NCBI GenBank assembly: GCA_040437565.1
Contig: JBDOQK010000007.1
Location: 310,001 to 374,000 of the forward strand
Length of the DNA: 64,000 bases
Direction of reading: 5' to 3'
Source of the DNA: Albugo candida
Taxonomy: Eukaryota
Of the stretch, positions 12,179 to 23,700 are shown piece after piece (the first letter of the stretch is position 1; each line of letters opens with the position of its first letter). The translations under genes and the position numbers were made by a program. The notes beneath the pieces are model-generated. The model did no database searches. It had not been told where the DNA came from and worked only from the letters and a program-made list of their open reading frames with translations.

Positions 12179-14036
12179 ATGCACCTAACATTCGCATCAT
12201 TCCACGGCGATCATGCAGAACAGATGCAAGTAGATCCGCAACAAACAATTGGGTCATTTCTACCCCAATTGTCGCAAATGGTAATTCATTGTATGTGTAT
12301 AATGCTTGCTATAATATGCTTTTTCATGCGTAGTTCTCGATTCCTGTACAGGAGATAAACGTACAGCACAGAGGTGCCGATTTAGCGCACACTGCCACAG
12401 TCAGATGCTTTATTCATGCGATACTACGAAAGGATCACTAATAGCTGCTCAGTTTCAGAGTTGCGGTATTCAAAAGGATGATTTGCTTTTAATTAAGCGG
12501 AAAGCACCATCTTTGTTGGACACTCCTGCTCCATTTGTGGTCAGAGAAGGCATGCAACTTTATGAAATTCCAGTAAGTAAATCTAAATGACGTCAGTTGA
12601 TATAAAAGGATCTATTTGATAGAGAAATCCATCGCCACAGTTACTCCTCGAAATTTTCGAGAAGAATCCGCAGCTTTTACCACAAGTACGACATAAAATT
12701 GATGTGGCTGGCGCGTCTTAGTGGTTCATGTTCTAGCTGCGTGAAGGGAATGTGGAATTGGCGACTGCGTTAGAGCGTAAGAGCATTCGGGTAATCGTGC
12801 ATGTACTTCAAGGCTGATAATAGGTATTGACAATGTCATGTTGCGCAGGATATTCGAATGGTCTTGATGCAGATGCACATGAAGGAAGCGTCAAGACAAT
12901 ACAAAGAAAATGAAGAAGTTCATACACATTTTGTTCTGAAGAAGCTCCACTGACATCCTTTTCTGGATAGACGGTGGCTCTAGAACGAAATCCGCTTGAT
13001 GCGCAAGCGCAAATCAAAATTGAAGAAACAATTAGACTACGAAACGTACAGCAAAACATGGAAATTGCGATGGAACAGATGCCGGAGGCATTTGCACATG
13101 TCTACATGCTGTACATCCCTTGCGAAGTTAATGATGTACAAGTGCAAGCGTTCGTAGACTCTGGTGCACAATCGACAATCATGTCTTCAGTACTGATTAC
13201 AATTGATACAAGTCTTTTTTCTCATTTGTTGCTGGATAGAGTTGTGCAGAGCGGTGTGGGATCATGAAGCTTGTGGACAAGCGATTTGAAGGAAAAGTGG
13301 GTCTCATCGTGCTACTGATGCCAACATTCCATTGAGTTTCTTTGTGATATAATAAGGCCGTAGGAGTCGGAACAGCCAAAATCATTGGGAGGGTGCACAT
13401 GGCCCCGCTGAAAATTGGCACTTTCTTTTACAACTGTAGCTTTACAATTTTGGAGGAACAGGTGCTGTTCTCCATTGCTTGAATTTTCATCTGGATGAGA
13501 TTCTCTAGGTTTAGACAGTTGATTTTCTCTTCGGATTGGACATGCTGAAGCGCCATCAAGTACATGCACAACAATTACATCATCAATGAACTGTGGTCTC
13601 ACATGTTTTTAAGTGCTGCATTGATTTACACAAAAACGTTCTTCGTCTGCATGAAGCTTCGGGCTTTCACGAGGTCGAGTTTCTTCCCGAGCATGTGAGT
13701 CACCATCGAGTACCAGGCATTATACTAATTACAAATATTCGATAGAAACTACTCGCAAATAAAATCAATGCTTCAAGCAGTGAAAGTGCGACGGAAGCAA
13801 ATTCAGATAGCTCAGCCTGTCAACAAAACTCACAAGTCGCCATCAGCGAGGAAGATATCCGACAGAATGCGATAGAGCAGCTTGTATCGTTTGGATTCGA
13901 ACGGCAGAGGGTATTTGATGCATATTGCGAAGAAATATACTCATAAATAGTGGTGAAGGTCATCCGAGCGCTGGAATCAACCGAATGGAACGCTGAGATT
14001 GCTGCTGGGATCTTGTTTGAAAGTAACAACGCGTAG
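12179..14036 (+). CDS. DDI1: DNA damage-inducible protein 1 (UBL, retroviral-like aspartic protease, UBA), multi-exon
   Basis: Start [21 protein letters not shown] (UBL-like). [89 protein letters not shown]...[14 protein letters not shown] at 14034-14036. Confidence 0.93.
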
Positions 14037-14269
14037 TTGGACCGTTTCTGCTCTTTGATCATTGGATACGGAAATAAATGACAGTAAACCTTTTTGCGTA
14101 TTTGCTTGGCGTTCAAGACTGAAGGATGTCAGTCTGCATCGATAGAGATGCTTTAGGAAGTCGTGACATTTAACGTGATCTCTGCAATTACTAAATGCAT
14201 AATTCAACATGTTTGCAGGCTTTTGGAATGTGTTTTGGCGCTTTACAGGTAGTGAGTATAGAAGGACAA

Positions 14270-15110
14270 ATGTTTCGATGTAGAGAAAGCGTCCTTTTAC
14301 TGGAAAGTATTAATGGAAAATTGATATTCTCCTACACATACATTATCAATCACTTCTGAAACGTATGCTACAATCATGCTCAAGGCTTATCGCTATAGAA
14401 CGGTTTTGACAAAAGTTCAAGTCGAATTGAACGATTGAGAGTGCAGCAANNNNNNNNNNNNNNNNNNNNNNNNNNNNNNNNNNNNNNNNNNNNNNNNNNN
14501 NNNNNNNNNNNNNNNNNNNNNNNNNNNNNNNNNNNNNNNNNNNNNNNNNTGAAGGATGTCAGTCTGCATCGATAGAGATGCTTTAGGAAGTCGTGACATT
14601 TAACGTGATCTCTGCGATTACTAAATGCATAATTCAACATGTTTGCAGGCTTTTGGAATGTGTTTTGGCGCTTTACAGGTAGTGAGTATAGAAGGACAAA
14701 TGTTTCGATGTAGAGAAAGCGTCCTTTTACTGGAAAGTATTAATGGAAAATTGATATTCTCCTACACATACATTATCAATCACTTCTGAAACGTATGCTA
14801 CAATCATGCTCAAGGCTTATCGCTATAGAACGGTTTTGACAAAAGTTTATGTCGAATTGAACGATTGAGAGTGCAGCAAAGAGCTATTGCTCTGACAGAA
14901 ATGAAAACATTGCTACAGAAACCATATTTTTATAGCTTGAACTGGAAAGCGCAGATCAATACGAAAAGCGGAAAAGCGACCGAAACATACAAGAAAAGGG
15001 ATTAATGTGGCAACCAGCCATAAGCTATCTATCGCCAGTCCACAAATTACAGAGCAGCAGGATAAGGCATATGGCCCTCCTTTAGAGAAAAGTACTATCG
15101 TTACTTTCCA
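14270..15110 (+). pseudogene. 5' fragment pseudogene of the DUF1765-like gene (inverted copy of 49570-49090; interval includes an assembly overlap)
   Basis: atgtcgaattgaacg...gctctgacagaaatgaaaacattgctacagaaaccatatttttat matches atgtcgaactaaatgg...gctctcacggaaatgaaagcactacttcaagagccatatttttat. gagcagcagga.aag.ca.at...agta.tatcgtt is also shared. Disrupted by stops and frameshifts. Confidence 0.82.
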
Positions 15111-15592
15111 TGTTCGAATTGCGGCCAGTGACGTTTACAAAGGTACCAAACAGTGATTCGGGGCTGATTATTGCGCTGATTTGTATCGCGCGTGCTCTTG
15201 TTGGTTTGCATGCACTGGAATATGTGCATAGGGATATCCGCTGGCCAAATATTCTGTGCTTGGGAGAGGCTTCATATTTTCTAACTGATTTTGTAAACGC
15301 TGGACGCGATGGCGACCGGATGCCTGATTCATCACTAGAATCGCGACTACTCGATCCCTTGGTGAAGTCTTAGGAATTTGGGCAGGTGTATCGATGTTGT
15401 TATGATATGTATCAATTTGGTTGCCTGATTGTTGATAGTGAAGATGCATCGTTGTGGCAATTGAAAATGAATCTGCAGAGTTCCAACGTTGCAGAAAGAT
15501 ATACAGCAGAAAAAGTGTTGACTTATCTTTCAGGCATGCGGGAAGCGGTACAAGATGGTTGTTCGAAATCAATGGAGCAGTTGGGCAATTGA
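15110..15592 (+). pseudogene. Protein kinase C-lobe fragment, Crinkler (CRN)-associated kinase-like
   Basis: ARALVGLHALEYVHRDIRWPNIL..YFLTDFVNAG, in-frame stop at 15371, then DMYQFGCLI...ERYTAEKVL. No N-lobe. The CRN assignment rests on recalled motif resemblance. Confidence 0.65.
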
Positions 15593-17531
15593 GCTCGATT
15601 GAATTGTAATTCTATGATGGATTATATGCAATATTCCGACAACATATTCCTAAATGGAAACGCAACAGAATGTCGAACTGGTGGATGTCGTAGCATCTGC
15701 ATCACTGCACGCTGTATTAATCTTTTAAATTTGACGTCGTGGTGTGGCTTTGCGGATCAAAGAGCGTTATCTCGTATGCGCAAATTCCATTCCGTTTAAA
15801 CAACTCTGCCATTGTGTCTTCAGATGCTACATGTACTAGCTCACAGACTAGCAAATGTATGCGACTGTTGTCGTGACTGTCGCACAATACGGTTCGTACA
15901 TGATGACCTTGGATGAGTACCGCTTTAGTGAATGTCTACATGAAGCTGCTCAAACAATTGATCGATGAATTTCTCATTGCTCTATGTTTGTACCTCTACT
16001 TCTTCAATTGCTTCTCCAATACGGTACCTGAGTGTTACACTCTTCTTTTAGGGAAGGATGCAATGCTTCTATACTCCGACAATTACGCAATCTAAGCGGC
16101 GTTCGCGCCACAAAAGGCGTTCATGAAAACAATGTCCACGGCATTGGCATCACAATGCTGACACATATTCAGCAAAAGAAGAATATATATTCCGTTGCAT
16201 TCAATTACAAAAAGAGCGAGCTGGTAGGCCATCCCACAGATCCTATGAGACCGCGACATCGCCATTGCTTCAAGACTGGAAGTCACAAATAAGCTGGTCA
16301 CGTACTTCATCCTGTGTAGCAGTCACGATCGAATGGTGGAACGCAGAAATAATCGCAAACTTTCCAGACGGCATGATCTTGTCTGTAACCTTACACAGCA
16401 TTTCACCGCATGCTTGAGAATACAAACACTTGCAGTAGTTTCTTGTACCATCTTAAAAGGATCCACTGATGCGTCCACGTAAAGTGGTGTGTCCGGAAGA
16501 AGAAAAGTCTACACTCAGCAAACATCGCAGCAGCTTTCCAATCAACTTTCTTTTCAGTATAAGCTAGTCATATCACGCAAACAGAATATTTTGCACACGT
16601 CGATGCCGACTTCGTAGAAGATCATACTGCTTGAAAGTCAGCGATGGATATATTATCTTTCGACAAAAACTACATCTAAGAATGACCTCCCTACCTTAAA
16701 TACTCTGCTTAGGACATTCAAATCAAAAAATTCGGTGATTTGCGTCGAATAGCCGTTGAACTAGCTGAGTTGCTGCACCCAAACAATATTCAAAAGTGTC
16801 AATTACAGCGATTTGAGATCTAGCTCGGGACGGCGACATAGTGGAAACTTGCTGCAATATTCTCTCATTGTATCAGCCTCAAGTTGCACATTTAGTACTC
16901 GGTCTCCCTGTCGTTGTCTCGCATTTAACGCTTTGCTATTAAATATGACACACATTCTTTGAGAATCAGACATATCCCAATAGTATTTAGAACTAGTAAA
17001 AACCTTTCTTTAGATGTCCCGTCGCTATAGTTTTTTAAGCAACTTGCATCTCAGCTGGAAACCTCTACTCGGGATGTAAAGGTGTCTTTAACTTCGATCA
17101 TGAATCGCATGAATCAGAGCTGAGGGGCAAACTAAGGAGTCTCCGATACTAACTTACCAGACTTTTGAAAGCCTTCGGCTTGGTTCTATATGATTCATCA
17201 TATCTTAAATTCGTTATTCGCCCGGAATATGGGTGAACACGATAAAGACGCTTCAGAATGCCGATCAAACTATCGCGGAGATCAGGTCTTTGATTGTGGT
17301 ATGATGTTTGACTCTGAAGTCTGGTACGAGTATCGCCACTCCAATACATTTAAAGCTATTCAAGCTTGCGAATAACCAGTGGTGCTGATTGGATACAACA
17401 TTGAAAGCACGTGAGCGGAGAATTGAGAAGACTTGCGTGCAACGAAGAAGCAAAAACGAGCACGATGGCACGCTATTTTGTTACTTGATAGATTGTCCTT
17501 GGAGCTACCTTGACAGTACTCAACCGTGGAT

Positions 17532-18067
17532 TCATTGACGATATTCCTCGACGCTTGTCTGGCGCTACAATAGCATCGTGATTTTAACAACGTGCTTCGA
17601 AATGGTACAGCGAACCAGCCACTTACAAATTCTGGGTTAAATTCAGCAGATGGCCCAACACTCTTCTCCTTGTCGAAACGCCCACGTCCAAAATTTCCCG
17701 GAGCGGCAGGTCGAGCTGGAATCGCCGCTTGTTTTTTCAAAGTTGCCGGTACGATCTCATCTGGTAAGTGAAGGAATCCACGGAGATAATCGATTCCCTC
17801 ATTTGTCAAATACCAATAAAAGCGCTGCCAGCTAAATGTTTGTTTCACAAAGTTCTTTGACTTGAATGACTGCATCAATTTGATGACCTGAAGATTTGGA
17901 ACATCTATAACATCATGCTTTGGTAGCGAGTAATCCTTCTTCGCTACCATCACACCTTCTGCAAATACGAGCAGTGTGAGCCACACATCTAACCAGTGAA
18001 TTAATACAAGCATACCTTTGAAAAGGTAGGAATATACTGCGATACGATTCTTCTTCGAAACGAGCAT
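17532..18067 (-). CDS. RPS10: 40S ribosomal protein S10 (eS10); exons 18067-18016, 17958-17627, about 17564-17532
   Basis: [26 protein letters not shown]...[57 protein letters not shown] introns of 57 and 62 nt. The last exon is less certain. Confidence 0.95.
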
Positions 18068-18410
18068 TCTTTGTGCTTCTTGCGCCTTACTAATCGCCTG
18101 GACTCGTCTTGTGTAGAGCTTTTCTTCGGAGCCAATCAAAGTCCAACAGTTATGCGTGACGGTTAACTGATATGGGACCGGTTATTAGTCCATTTTATGG
18201 ATTAAGATGCGGTCAAGTCGTTTTGTTGATTACGATACATGAATAGAAATGCGCAGCTTTTAGATGTACAAATGCAGAAATACGACATATATGGTTGCTA
18301 TGGTAATGATTGAGCCATTTCCAGATTATCGAGCTATAAATTCGTCTAACCGACACGGGTCTGTTATATATCATATTGGTAAGTTACATATTGCCGAATT
18401 GTTTGGATCG

Positions 18411-18977
18411 ATGATTTCGATCCTACCTTCCAATTATAACTCCTCATCGGACGGTGACGCCGTCGAGGAGCGCACAGAGATCTTAGGATCTGATCCTTCT
18501 GGAATCAAGATCTTAAACAACACTATTGGTACTGAAAACTACGCCACTCCTGACAATGTACAAGAAGATGTGAATTCGAAAACGTCGGAGAGAATTTGTG
18601 ACCAACAAGAGCAGCTTTTGCCACCGGAACCACAGCATGCATGTGATCCTAGCACTCAGGATAAAATAAGTCGATTTCTCTCGATTCAGAAAGAGCGTAA
18701 GCAGACTTTCGAAGAAGCTCTACACTCAAAAAAAGACTTTGCCAACCCGTACATTCTGGAAAAAGTATTGGAGTATTTCGGAATCGACCAACATCAATCA
18801 AATTTCCCGTTGGAGTTATATGATCCAAAAAGTTTGCCGGTGCATGAATACAGTGATCAGCTTCGATTCAGGCAAAAACAACTAAGAGATCGACGTCTCG
18901 CTCGTGAGCAACAGGAGCAACAACTCCAACAAACATTATCAGCCAGTAAGTACGCAAGGGGTGGACGCAGATGGTGA
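18411..18977 (+). CDS. SAP30BP: SAP30-binding protein / HCNGP-like protein
   Basis: LLPPEP..CDPSTQDKISRF...F..AL..KKDFANPYILEKVLEYFGIDQHQSNFP..LYDP is the HCNGP family signature. Likely start at ATG 18411. Divergent from RPS10 across about 340 bp. Confidence 0.82.
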   Translation: MISILPSNYNSSSDGDAVEERTEILGSDPSGIKILNNTIGTENYATPDNVQEDVNSKTSERICDQQEQLLPPEPQHACDPSTQDKISRFLSIQKERKQTFEEALHSKKDFANPYILEKVLEYFGIDQHQSNFPLELYDPKSLPVHEYSDQLRFRQKQLRDRRLAREQQEQQLQQTLSASKYARGGRRW

Positions 18978-20431
18978 CTCGCGATCGACTAAGACTCAAT
19001 TGGCCGGAGACATCCTCTGCTGGAGCTCTTTTAACCCATTTTTTCCAGCCGGAACTGCTTTTCTAAGATAGATATTTTTGCCATTGTTTGACTTATGTCT
19101 TGATCATTTTCGTCAATCATTCATAAATCGTGTCGCACTAAATGCCTTGTTTCCTCATTTTCGAGCCTCTTAAACAATCTCAGAAGCCGCTAACAGTGGA
19201 AATACGGTACCGAAAGTGTACACTGGATACAGCGAACCACCAAACTTGTCTTAGCGATCGTAATAAGGTGAAGAGGATGTTCACCTGGCTGCGACCATGG
19301 AAATACATACACGAGTATGTGCCATTTTTTGACGAAAGAAATATGCACATTCTCTCGAAGCAAACATGCGATTCTCTACGTCCTTCTTAAATCTGGACGC
19401 GACAGGAGGTACATAGACCCATAGTATCCTTCAATGTTGGACGAATTGCACCGAAAATACTGCAAGCGAACTTGCCTGTTGGAACCGATAATTTTCGACT
19501 GTATCAAGATCACCGTGTGGGTGAGGTGAGCGCATGCCGGGTACAATATACAATGACTGCATCTCTTCGCAAATGGACGTTACAACTCTTAAGTGTTTAG
19601 AGTCGGTGTCGAGCCAATTTTGAAAAGATGAAGATTCTTTGGGTGCAGCTCGAATTGAAGCACCTTACAGACATTTGTGGGATTCGTGTAGTGGTATCTA
19701 ACAAGGATACGATGCAGCGAGCGGATCCAGCGATTGAAAACTGCCGCACAATTGCTTTGTTGACTTTAATCGTATCCGGCCTGCAATCATAACAAGTCTA
19801 AGCCAGGAAGTTGAGTATTCAGATTCCGAACCTATTCCAATGGAGAAAAGCTTTTTACACGAAAGTAGCAGTGAAAACGACATCAAGTAAATCTTGTGTG
19901 CAAGAAGTCGCTGTACGGACTAGAATACACTCGTAACATTTTCAATGATCGGAAATTAAAGACAGTGTCTTCTCGTTCTCTTTCTTTATTGAGCTTAGGA
20001 ACCAGATAACATTGCTGCGAATTCAGCGAAAGCCTGATAGACCACTTATGAATCTCGAAGAAGACTGTTACCCCTCCATACGATGAAGCATAATAGATTG
20101 GACCTTTGTTGCTCCAAGCGCCTTGTGTTCGAACTGGTTCAGCTTAGAACAGATTCGCCTATTCTCGCTGAATTATTCAATCATAAAGATACATTACGCA
20201 AGACCACAAATGTGCCTCATATCTTTCGCATTGAATTGTACAATTTGTCAGATTGTTGCTTTGCAGAACCAGATCAAGATTATTATATCAGAGCGCGTGG
20301 AGAGACCCTCTCTTTTGTGTTTAAAATGGTGGATCGCCCGGTCTGAAAATTCTCGCAGCTTCGACTAGGAGCTAGAGTAGAGGGGTCACCGTACCCAGCT
20401 CAGTCGGTTAAGCACTTGAGCGCACGGACCC

Positions 20432-20448
20432 CCACTTCTCAATTTGCC
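20432..20448 (+). promoter_or_regulatory. Oomycete INR+FPR core promoter motif CCACTTCTCAATTTGCC
   Basis: Fits the oomycete initiator YCAYTYY followed by the FPR element (CAWTTTNYY-like), about 90 nt upstream of ATG 20526. Confidence 0.65.
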
Positions 20449-20762
20449 GGCTACTAAGTAACGGGCCAATTTAGTAAAAACAACTCGAAAAAACAACCTT
20501 TTTCATCTCTTTCCTCTCGAAAACAATGGTTCAAGTCGACATATCGACACAACCNNNNNNNNNNNNNNNNNNNNNNNNNNNNNNNNNNNNNNNNNNNNNN
20601 NNNNNNNNNNNNNNNNNNNNNNNNNNNNNNNNNNNNNNNNNNNNNNNNNNNNNNCTCACAGGTATTCTCGAAACGTTTTTATATGTATATATGTTATTTA
20701 AGATAGCCTAGGCAACTAGAGAAGTCAGTTAGTCTAATTCTAGTAATATAGACACCTTCAAC
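20434..20762 (+). mobile_element. Insertion flanked by a 17-bp direct repeat TGAGCGCACGGACCCCC (20417-20433 and 20763-20779); body hidden in the N gap; probable non-LTR retrotransposon
   Basis: Exact 17-bp flanking repeat. The 5' end reads ACTTCTCAATTTGCC, then an ORF starts at ATG 20526 (MVQVDISTQ...) and runs into the gap. AT-rich 3' segment without poly(A). This is the only gap lacking a long overlap duplication. Confidence 0.65.
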
Positions 20763-23700
20763 TGAGCGCACGGACCCCCTGCCGGAGGTCGTTAGTTCGA
20801 TTTCCGGCAGTGTGGGCAGCGGTTTGAGCCCACCCAAGCAATAAGCTTGGAAAATATCTGCCTCCCTAGGTTTGAAGTCAGACTTAAGTGATATTTACAC
20901 GGTCAGGGACTCATGATAGGATAAGGAAGGTAGTTAAAAAACCAGATAAACAGTGTAATGAAATCCTTGACAATATGAGCTAGAGTAGAATAACTGTATT
21001 TTTTTTGTGTGTTGGCATCCACAATATGATATTTTGAGGTTTTTTCAGATAAATTGCCACAAAAAATCAGAGCGCGTTTTTGGTAGCCGTACGACTTCTG
21101 ACTACCGTGCAAAACTGTAAGAAAACAACCAAGCGTAGCCCTGATGGACTTTTGATGCAAAATTCTGAGAAAAATAAATGAGGCAACAGCGGAGATTGTT
21201 ACCCGACGCTTCCACCTTCTGTATCGCGTTTCTTTGCACTCGTGACAGACTTTCTCTCACTACCTCCACTTAGATGTGACTTTGTCAGCACTGAACATGT
21301 TGAAAACTGTTCCTCGCCTCATGGGCCTCGTGACCTACTTGATTAATTTGCAACGTAAGAGCTAATTTATCGAAACTCTTATATAGTTGAAGGATTGCCG
21401 ACTTGAGTGTAATTGGGTATTCGGCTCGATCGATCGAGTGTTTACGCAGGAACACCTACCTTCTTATAGCAATAGATGCCGCTTCACCATCAGACGTAGA
21501 GCTAGTAGTGTGAACAAACCTTATTGCATCGGTATTGACTGTTTGAACGAAAAACGAAGCGACATAAATGTAGCATCCAATTCTTGCGATTAATGTGCTC
21601 ATTCTGATCAGCACATTAGACCTATTTGATAGATACACACCGAAGTGAGTATTCGCCTCTGCAACAATGACATAATGAAACGATTGCAGGAGTGTNNNNN
21701 NNNNNNNNNNNNNNNNNNNNNNNNNNNNNNNNNNNNNNNNNNNNNNNNNNNNNNNNNNNNNNNNNNNNNNNNNNNNNNNNNNNNNNNNNNNNNNNCTTAT
21801 TGCATCGGTATTGACTGTTTGAACGAAAAACGAAGCGACATAAATGTAGCATCCAATTCTTGCGATTAATGTGCTCATTCTGATCAGCACATTAGACCTA
21901 TTTGATAGATACACACCGAAGTGAGTATTCGCCTCTGCAACAATGACATAATGAAACGATTGCAGGAGTGTATCGTCGACTGTACGACCTCAAAAGAAAA
22001 CAAATCTCATTTTATTCATGGCCTTAACGAATCTGATGTAGATCAGTAGCCTGTGAATTTTATACAAAAGCCTACGCACTTGAATCAGATCATGTTCACG
22101 CTTGCGATATCGAAGGGGCTGATGTCGATGTCAAATTAGCGGGAACGGTTGGAAAAGGAAAGGTAAGGGTGTTATTCACAAAAAAAACTCGCTTTCTGAA
22201 AGTAATTTCTTGCTAATTGATGTAACACTTGAAGGATCTTGCATATCAACTTACCGGGCACCTGATGTAGAATACGGAACTGCTAATCTAGACATCTCCC
22301 AGGAACGCTAGAGTATTTTTGGTATCCATTGCGTGCGATTGTCTCGCGAATTGGGTGATGTAGACTGCCTTTAGCTCTTTTCACAAAATACTAAATTGAA
22401 AAAAGTTTGGCACAAGTACAGCTTTGATCGACACGTTTTATTCAATCATGAGATCAATGGAAAGAAATCACACGCGGATATGATGCATGTGGCACGTCTT
22501 CGGAATTCATTGCGAGTCAGAAGAGTTGGCAACTATTTGCAGGCTCTTACGAGAGTACTGCCTCAGCGACACAAGACCATGAAGAAGCTGCTTGACATTC
22601 CGAAGCCGACAGAGGGATGGGAATCCGGGAAAATAGAAGTCATACCGAATGTTGCGGATTTGCAACGCTCTTCGGAATTTAGGATTCAAACATGAAATAG
22701 GTTCTAGTGCAGAAAGTACCCGAGTGCTACATCGCGTGAAGTGGTGAATTCTTTCGAGATTGCTCGTTTTTAGTTTGTTTTGAGAAGATCTTGTGGCGCA
22801 AGTCGTAGTTAATGCGTTGGGTTGAGGATGCAGATGTTTTGATTGGGCAATGAGTAAATCGATCCATATGAGCCTTAGCAGTTCATCTTTTTGTTCTATT
22901 ACAAACATCTGGCTCCTTTTCGAGAATATCTTATCGATATTAAGCGAAGCGGATGGACGTGATCGAGCATATCTGGAGAAACGCACTGAATGATGGGATC
23001 GTTCGAAAATCACTATTTGGATTGGGCCAAAGAATACTGCAAGGCAGTTCATCGCAGCAACGTCTACAGTGCAGAGACAAAACAGCGGTTGCTGTTTCCA
23101 CCCTACAGTGACGCTCAGGGAAAAGCTACACTACCTGGCCTGAAGAAGCTTTGAGGTTGAGAATTCTGAAGAAAACATTCAGCTTCATAAACAGCGATTA
23201 ATAAAAAGCGAGATATCGCATTCCATGGCTTTGGACTCACTCCATCCAGCTTCAGCGCGGATGGGATGCCCGGAGTGGGTGCCTCTTTGTTGGAGTAATG
23301 GGCTGTATATAAGCGCTGTCCTCACTATCCACGTTCAATAATTGGCAAGGTTTTATTGCCATCCAGAAGCGAGCCCACCGAGTAATGGTAAAGCATACAA
23401 CCATTCCGCGGACACGGAAGAAGGTGCTGCAGCTTCCCATCATATCGAGCCTTGTAAGTAATCAGCAGTATCAATACCTGCTGAACAATTTTATAATGCC
23501 ACTACAGACCTGGCAGACTTAGCCGGATGAATCGATTGTTTCTTGGCATTTAACAGCAATACAGGTCGACTATATTCACGGAAGTAATCTGCACAACAGA
23601 AATCAGCGCTCTAGAAAAATTATTACAAAATACGCGATGCATATGTGGCTCCAAAGAGTGCAACATCGATTTTAGCTGATCATTTTCAGCTTGAATTACG

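Larger units (their letters stand above)
20381..20833 (+). mobile_element. tRNA-derived SINE-like structured sequence, split by an insertion
   Basis: Joining 20381-20433 to 20780-20833 gives an A-box-like cagctcagtcggttaagca, a B-box-like agttcgatttcc and three hairpins (aggggtc/gaccccct enclosing gctca/tgagc; tgccgga/tccggca; gtgggc/gcccac). Confidence 0.55.

Noticed and set aside
16760-17060. Possible MITE with terminal inverted repeats (ctagctgag...ctcagctgg)
   Set aside because: Match too short and degenerate, and no TSD identified.
17360-18139. 259-aa extended RPS10 ORF
   Set aside because: Chance read-through of a 57-nt in-frame intron and into the second intron. The spliced model gives a normal-sized eS10.
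20381-20833. Functional tRNA gene
   Set aside because: No canonical cloverleaf or anticodon arm could be built, and the sequence is interrupted. Treated as SINE-like.
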